64,000 nucleotides of DNA, from the NCBI RefSeq assembly GCF_009914755.1, contig NC_060931.1, one strand, 5' to 3'. Of the stretch, positions 56,064 through 64,000 are shown piece by piece. The notes beneath the pieces are model-generated. The model was not told the DNA's origin. It ran no database searches and saw only the letters and a list, made by a program, of their open reading frames with translations. The position numbers were made by a program, and so were the translations under genes. How positions within the stretch are numbered: position 1 is the first letter of the stretch; every line of letters begins with the position of its first letter. The DNA is from the human T2T-CHM13v2.0 reference genome, Homo sapiens.

Positions 56064-57428
56064 ATCCGGCATCCCAACTGTCACAACATCTTCTGCAAAG
56101 CCTTTTTTCTCTTCATTAAAAAAAGACAAAAGACGATCAGGCAGATTATTGAGGATTTCTCTCCAGAATGAGTTACATATGTAAAAACTAACATATTTCT
56201 ACATACATTATGCATGTAGAAACGTATTTCTACTAGAAAATGTGAAGGGACATGTAAGCATCTTACAAATAGGAATGCCTCTGCTTTTCATGTGGCAGAA
56301 GTTTACACATGTTCTTTTTGTATTTATGTGCATTTGATGAAAGTAAAAGAATAGGAAGCCAAACAGAGTGTGTAATCTAAATATTAAGAGCTAGAAGTAA
56401 TTACATTTCAGTTTTCCACAAGAGACTATCAGCTTCTAAATCAAATTCAGGATAAATGTAGCTTTAACAAAAAGCAGTTTCATAAGTCACTCTTTAAAAT
56501 TTCAGTAAATCAAGTATCCTGGCATATTGTGTATTAACAAGCTAGGAAATGATATTATAAAATATCTCAGACCCTAAAACAACAAAAAAAGATATTCTCT
56601 TTTAATGTTTCACTCTAAAGACAATACAGCATTTTATAATCTACAATGAGATACATTCAACCTGTATATTTTGATATATAATGAGGACTTGCTACAAATA
56701 ATTCTAAAAATTAAAAAATTTTCCATCAAATTACAAAGAAATAAGCGCTTAAGTTGCATGAAAACCTTTCCTACACCTTCATAAATATTGAGACTCTAGA
56801 AGAGGCAACTATTTCCTGGCAAACAGTTCAAGTTTACTCAAGAAAAATAGAGCTCAGTGAAATAAGAAAAAAAAAGTTGTAGTAGTCATACTTCTCTACT
56901 CCTATACTATACCAAATATATGTTACTTAGTCCCATTTGTTCATCCTACTCTAATAAACACAATGCAAAACAATGGCATACTTTCCTTCTATTGCAGCTC
57001 CATCCTTCCAGACCTTTAAGGGACATCAGTAAGACCTGAGGTCTAAGAGTTAATTTCAACTCTCTCTTAGGAATTGAGTTCTCTCCCACTGAAAGAAATT
57101 AAATTCCATCTACATAACTCCTTTAGAGGGGCCCTGAAGGGCACCAACAATTAGCTCACAGGTCTAAGGATGTTTCACAGCTCCAAGTTTCTTAATCCCA
57201 TAAACTGGCAGTGCCAATTCGGGCACTTGCCAAGTGCATGGGGTGGCCAATCAGCCCCCTGCATCCCTAGCATCTGCTTCTTGAGATGGTTGCATTGCCA
57301 GAATACTGCTAACCCCTCAATTGTATAGGAAAGTAGTATCAAAGCTCACAGGCCCGGAAGAAATACACAACAGTAGTGATAGCTGGAATGTCACCACTGT
57401 ACTGGCCACAACTGCTCTATACCTAATA

Positions 57429-57489
57429 ACACACACTCTCTCTCTTTCTCTCTCTCTCTGTGCATGTGTGTGTGTGTGTGTGTGTGTGT
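57429..57489. repeat. Compound (CA)(CT)(TG) microsatellite
   Basis: Direct reading. Confidence 0.9.
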
Positions 57490-59504
57490 ATTTGGTACAT
57501 CCTAACAGTCTCTAATTTGTACTACAAAGGCATGTTTATCAGACAGATAAACAGACATTCAAACAATCTCACCATCCATGTGATGACTTCAAGACCCTGA
57601 AATAATTGACTGACAAAATCTGGCCACAACTCAAAAGCTGGGAGGAAAAACAAACCAACCTTGTTGCCAGTCTGACATCAACTACAAAAGCCTTTAGAAG
57701 CCAAACTAATTAGAGTCCTTCAATTACATTTGCTAATTGAATGGATAAGCAAAGACAGCATGGATCAGTGAAAGGAACACTAATTTGGGAAGCCAGAGAC
57801 CCGGGTTAAGTTGCAGCTCAGCCAAGAAGTCATGGGTGATTTTGTGTAAACTATGTAACATCTCCAGCTTCAGTTTCCAAATCTATAAAATAAAAACAGT
57901 GATTTGGGTTATCTCTCAGGGTTCCTATCTCCAAAGTAAAAAGGAAACTTAGACAGATATTTTTCATATTTAGTAATCTCAAGTTCTAAGAAGGTATGGT
58001 TCCCATGAAAAGGGGCTAAGGGGACTGGAAGCATGTGCAATGATTCAGCACAATGCACAGCATTTGCAGGACTTTCACCGTGCAGGTTTTCAACACCTCC
58101 ATAACTGGGGATGGTCATTGGCCTGGCTGACTCTGGGACATGGCTCTGCTCTGATTGTCAAGGCTGCCCCAGACAGATCTCCTGCTAATTCCAACGGCCT
58201 CATACTTATACTATTATGAATTAAGATAATTCTACTCTTCTATTATCTCAATTTTGACTACAGGAAATTGGTTTCTGTGTAAACCACAATATAGTCTTTA
58301 AGAATTCTTGCAGCCAATTTCTCTGAATTAGACTTTGATTTATCTGTATGCCAGTATGCATCAATGGTGGGTGTGTAATATAAAGAGCAGAGGACTGAAT
58401 AAATTAAAAATCTGCTAAAATAAATTAAAAATCTGTTTAATAACAAAAAATCTGCTTTGCAGCATGAGGAGGGGGGTGAAGAGCCAAGAGTAATCTGAAG
58501 GGACTACACCCCCTTTTTACATATCCATTGGAAGAAGACAAATGTTACCTAGTTGCTTTACATGAAGAGAAAAATCTTGCTGCCTCTTCTAGATAAAACA
58601 GTCACATAAGTTAAGTTCAGCATTGCTTCCAAGTAAACCAGATGGGTAACAGAAATTTATAAAGAAACAAGAAGAATGTGATCTTGTTAAACTTGCCACT
58701 CCTGTGTTTTTTAATCTTTAACAGTACTCTTTAAAAGTACTTTTTAAATACTTTAAAAGTAGAAAAGCACAATTACTTCAAAATTAAACTACACTTGAAA
58801 AACTGACAAAAGCGCTTTGTGCCTACATCTTGAAACATTTGGTCAACAATGATGGAGCCCACTCAGCAAGAGGCTTTTAAAGCTCTCATTTAACAAGACC
58901 TGAGTGGATGCCAGATTAGATCCCAAGAGATTTACTTAAGCAAACATGTTCAGCCTTACAACTCAGGAACAACAAAATGGTTTCCAAGTTTTTAAAGAGA
59001 AAACAAAAGAAAAGAGAATCTAATTAAGCCTAGTTCAATCAGAATAAACTCACACAGAAGTGGTGCATACATCCCAGACTTTTGGCATAGATCAGCAGCA
59101 TCTCCAAGGAAAATCCTAGACAATGAAAATGAAGCACAAGTCACATGTCCTTGATGCTAAGGATTAAGTTAAAAAGAAAAACCAGTATCTTCTGCAAAAT
59201 AAAGGTGGGTCAGAAGGGGCAGTGCAGAGCAGACTCTTAAACAGGAATGCTGTCAAATCACTTTACCTCCTAGTTTGGTTTTAATTTGTATCTTCATTCT
59301 TTCATTTAGAAATATGTCTACATATCACTTCTTGGCCTTTTGGCTATAATCAAGAATGAAAATACATCTATTATTCTCTTTCAACATATTCTGGACTCAA
59401 TAATGCAGCTGAGACAGTGGTGTTTGGGGTATGTTGGAGAATAAAGATTTTGGAGAAATATGGCATAGATACAGTAACAGCAGCAGCAGCAGTAATAGTA
59501 GTAG

Positions 59505-59705
59505 CAGCAGCAGTAATGGTACTTTCTATGTGCCAGGTTCTTTTGGGCTAAGAGAAAGGTACTCTTATCATCCCCATTTTATATAAGAATAAGAAATTTA
59601 AGCAGAGAAAGGTTAAGTAATCTGAAGTCACACAGCTAGCAAATGGCAGAGCTGAGATGTGAGCCCAGACAGTTTGGTTCCGGGGTTTATATTTTTAAAT
59701 CACTG
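59505..59705 (-). mobile_element. MIR
   Basis: tatcatccccattttata...aggttaagtaa...gtcacacagctagcaaatggcagagctg. Confidence 0.8.
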
Positions 59706-59842
59706 CATTCGCAATTTATTGATTCAAAATTTCTAAAATATTAAGATCTGATCATTATTATCAGTTACGTTTTTTAAAAAGATGCTAAAAGTTGAAATGA
59801 TGCATCTGTTTCCAACAGAAACACGAATATAATAAAGGGATA

Positions 59843-61978
59843 AGCTATAACAAACCCACAGCCAACATCATACTGAATGGGCAAAAGGTAGAAGCACTCT
59901 TCTTGAAAACCGGAACCAGGCAAGGATGCCCTATCTCATCACTCCTATTCAACATAGTACTTAAGTCCTGGCCAGAGCAATCAGGCAAGAAATAAAAGGC
60001 ATTCAAATATGAAGAGAGGAAGTCAACCTATCCCTGTGTGCAGACATGACGCTGTATCTAGAAAACCCCATAGTCTCAGCCCAAATCTCCTTAAGCTGAT
60101 AAACAACTTCAGCCAAGTCCCAAGACACAAAATCAATGCGCAAAAATAACTAACATTCCTATATACCAACAACAATCAAGCCAAGAGCCCAATCAAGAAC
60201 ACAATCCCATTCACAATAGCCACAAAAAGAATAAAATACAGGAATACAGCTAACCAGAGAGGTGAAAGATCTCTATAACAAGAATTACAAAATACTACTC
60301 AAAGAAATCAGAGATGACACAAACATTCCATGCTCATGGATAGGAATAATCAATTTTGTTAAAATGGCCATATTGCCCAAAGCAATTTATAGATTCAGGG
60401 CTATTCCTATCAAACTACCAATGACATTCTTCACAGAATTAGAAAAAAACTATTTTAAAATTTATATGGAACCAAAAAAGGAGCTCAAATAGTCAAGGCA
60501 CTCCTAAGCAAAAAGAACAAAGCTGGAGGCATCATGTTACCCAACTTCAAACTCAAACTTTTCTATAGGGCTACAGTAACCAAAATAGCATGGTACTGGA
60601 ACAAAACAGGCACACAGACCAATGGGACAGAATAAAGTACAGAAACAATGCTGCACACCTATACCCATCTGATCTTTGGCAAAGTCAAAAAAAAAAAAAA
60701 AAAAAAAACAAGCAATAAGGAAAGGACTCCCTATTCAATAAATGGTGCTGGAATAACTGGCTAGCCATATGCAAAAAACTGAAACTGGAACCCTCCTTAT
60801 ACCATACTCAAAATTCAACTCAAGGTGGATTAAAGACTTAAATGTAAAACCTAAAGCTATAAAAACCTGGAAGATAACCTAGGAAATACTGTTTCTAGAC
60901 ATAGGACCTGGAAAAGATTTCAAGACAAAGATATCAAAAGCAACTGCAACAAAAACAAAAATTGACAAATGAGACCTAATTAAACTAAACAGCTTCTGCA
61001 CAGCAAAAGAAACTATCAACAAAAAATAAACAGACAACCTACCTAATGGGAGAAAATGTTTGCAAACTATGCATCCCACAAAGGTCTACTACTCAGAATC
61101 TATAGGGAACTTAAATCAACAAGCAAAAACCAAACAACTGCATTAAAGAGTAGGCAAAGGACATGAACAGACACTTTTCAAAAAAAGACATACACACAGT
61201 CAACAAACATGAAAAAATGCTGAACATCACTAATCATTAGTGAAATGCAAATCAAAACCACAATGAGATACAATATCACACCACTCAGAATGGCTGTTAT
61301 TAAAAAGTCAAAAAATAAGAGATGCTGGCAAGGTTGCAGAGAAAAAGGAACATTTATACACCGCTGGTGGGAATGCAAATTAGATGAGTTACTGTGGAAG
61401 CAGTGTGGTGATTCCTCAAAGAACTCAAAGCAGAATTACCATTCAACCCAGCAATCCCATTATTGGGTACATACCCAAAGGAATATAAACAGTTCACCAT
61501 AAAGACACATGCACCCGTATGTTCATCATAGCACTATTCACAATAGCAAAGACATGGAACCAACCTAAATGCCCATCAATGGTAGACTGAATAAAGAAAA
61601 TGTGGTACATATACACCATGAAATACTATGCAGCCATAAAAAAGAATGAGATCATGGCCTTTACAGCAACATGGATAGAGCTGGAGGCCATTATCCTAAG
61701 CAAACTAATCCAGGGAAAGAAACCAAATACCACACATTCTCACTTATAAGTGGGAGCAAAACACTGAGTACACACAGACACAAAGAAAGGAACAACAGAC
61801 ACTTGAGACTACCTGAGGGGGGAGGGAGGGACAGAGGGTGAGGATCAAAAAACTACCTGCCAGGTACCGTGCTTATTACCTGGGTGGCAAAATAATCTGT
61901 ACACCAAACTCCTGTGACATGCAATTTACCTATATAACAAACCTGCACAATTACCTCCGAACCTAAAAGTTAAAAAAC
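59843..61978 (+). mobile_element. 5'-truncated L1 (older L1PA/L1PB-like): ORF2 3' part and 3' UTR
   Basis: ...[12 protein letters not shown]..., MQIKTTMRY...CWQGCREKG; L1 3' UTR ending cctaaaagttaaaaaa. Confidence 0.93.
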
Positions 61979-62336
61979 ATCAACTGCAAGCTTCCTGTGG
62001 GCCTTGGAGGCTGCCCTACAAACACACTCATTTTCTGAGTCCATCATTCTGCCCAACTTATTTTAATAAATGCTTATATAATAAAAACTTCCCTCTGATT
62101 TTGTTTTTAAATTAAAAAAAATAAAGGGATACGGAAACGTCCACATATTTTATGAAAATGACCACAAATAACAAGTTCAACCAATTATAAATGCCTTATC
62201 AGAATAGGTTAACACTTAAAGGCATAAACAAGCTATTAAGTAGTCCTGTAAAACATATTAAACTTATCAAAGTTTTTATTTCCCTAATAATCCACGTACA
62301 GTCAAGCAAAAGAGATACGTTCTGAGAAATGCGTTG

Positions 62337-63068
<732 letters not shown>

Positions 63069-63389
63069 GTTGTTAGGCTATTTCATGTTGCACGAACATC
63101 AGAGAGAGCACTTACAGACCTTCATGGTGTAGTGTATTTCTTCTAGGCTACAAACCTGTACAGCAACGTTAATGTACTGAATACTGTAGGCAACTGTAAC
63201 ATAATGTAAGAATTTGTACATTTAATGATCTATACATACAAAAGGTACAGTAAAAATACTCTATTATAATCCTATGGGACCACCTTTATGTATGCAGTCC
63301 ATGACCAAAACATCCTTATGAGGTGCATGACTACGGTTTTACTAAAGCTTGAAGAAAAGCCTCCAGGGTCATAATATTCTAAAATACTT

Positions 63390-63590
63390 CTTCACCTGGA
63401 ACTGCAGGTGGCCATCTTGCACCTTGAAGGGAGAGAGGAGCCTGATGGAGAAAAGCAGACTCCAGAAGCAAAGAGAAAAGAAAAGAATCTGGCTGTATCT
63501 ATGTCACTAAATTCAGCTCTGCCAGAGGTCAGGCCACTCCCCAACTCTTCCAATACATGAAACAATAAATTCTCAGTTTTTGCTTTCAAA
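63390..63590 (+). mobile_element. Possible old MLT1 LTR fragment
   Basis: ggccatcttgcacc...tacatgaaacaataaattctc. Confidence 0.45.
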
Positions 63591-64000
63591 AAAAACAAAA
63601 GCACTTCTTCAAAACAACATCTGATTTTCTTCCCTGCAAATCTCTCACTGAAAGAACAGCTGACATTAGAAATCAACTAACCAGCATTTCTGCAATCTTG
63701 GTGGGGTGTTGGGGGATGGGCTTGTTTTCTTTGGCTCTCACTTCATCAGCTTGACTTGATATAGTAACACAGAGGGAGGAAATGGACACCCGTCCTTAAA
63801 AATGTATGAGTCAACTCAAATATACGCTGAATTTTTTAACCTTTAAACCCACCCTTCAGGGCACTATTGTGGCAAAAAGTTTCAGAGTTTCACACATACT
63901 TTTCCATCTCATCCCAAGTCGTGTCTTGGCCTTATGGTAATAGAATGAAATTCATTTTTTCTTTTATCCAACATTTTAAAAAACTAAACATAGCTATGAA

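Noticed and set aside
58399-58456. Three ~20-bp aaaaatctg units as an array
   Set aside because: Degenerate AT-rich tandem repeat with no unique spacers; not CRISPR-like

Overview
Primate (very likely human) genomic DNA from inside the minus-strand gene HIBADH (3-hydroxyisobutyrate dehydrogenase, next to the HOXA/EVX1 locus). Only two coding exons are present, 54714-54823 and 51749-51870 (exons 3 and 4 by my recollection of the gene structure). They have canonical AG/GT ends and join in frame. The rest is intron, dense in Alu, L1, L2/MIR, LTR and DNA-transposon relics; most ORFs in the supplied track derive from repeats or are chance ORFs. I found no new protein-coding system. The most interesting unexplained structure is a set of local copy-paste events. 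(1) A 177-bp copy of nearby DNA sits inside a GA-rich microsatellite with a 15-bp fold-back junction. (2) An 88-bp inverted copy of nearby DNA sits inside a TA-rich microsatellite. (3) An old ~110-bp duplication had its two copies hit later by an Alu and by a MER85. (4) An L1 carries a ~135-bp 3' transduction bounded by a perfect 12-bp target-site duplication. Candidate regulatory DNA includes a GC/CpG-rich motif cluster at ~9.1-9.55 kb that also holds a GC3-biased small ORF, a palindromic CTCF-like site at 28245, and a ~7.5-kb repeat-poor block. Repeat subfamily names are from memory of consensus sequences and repeat boundaries are approximate.
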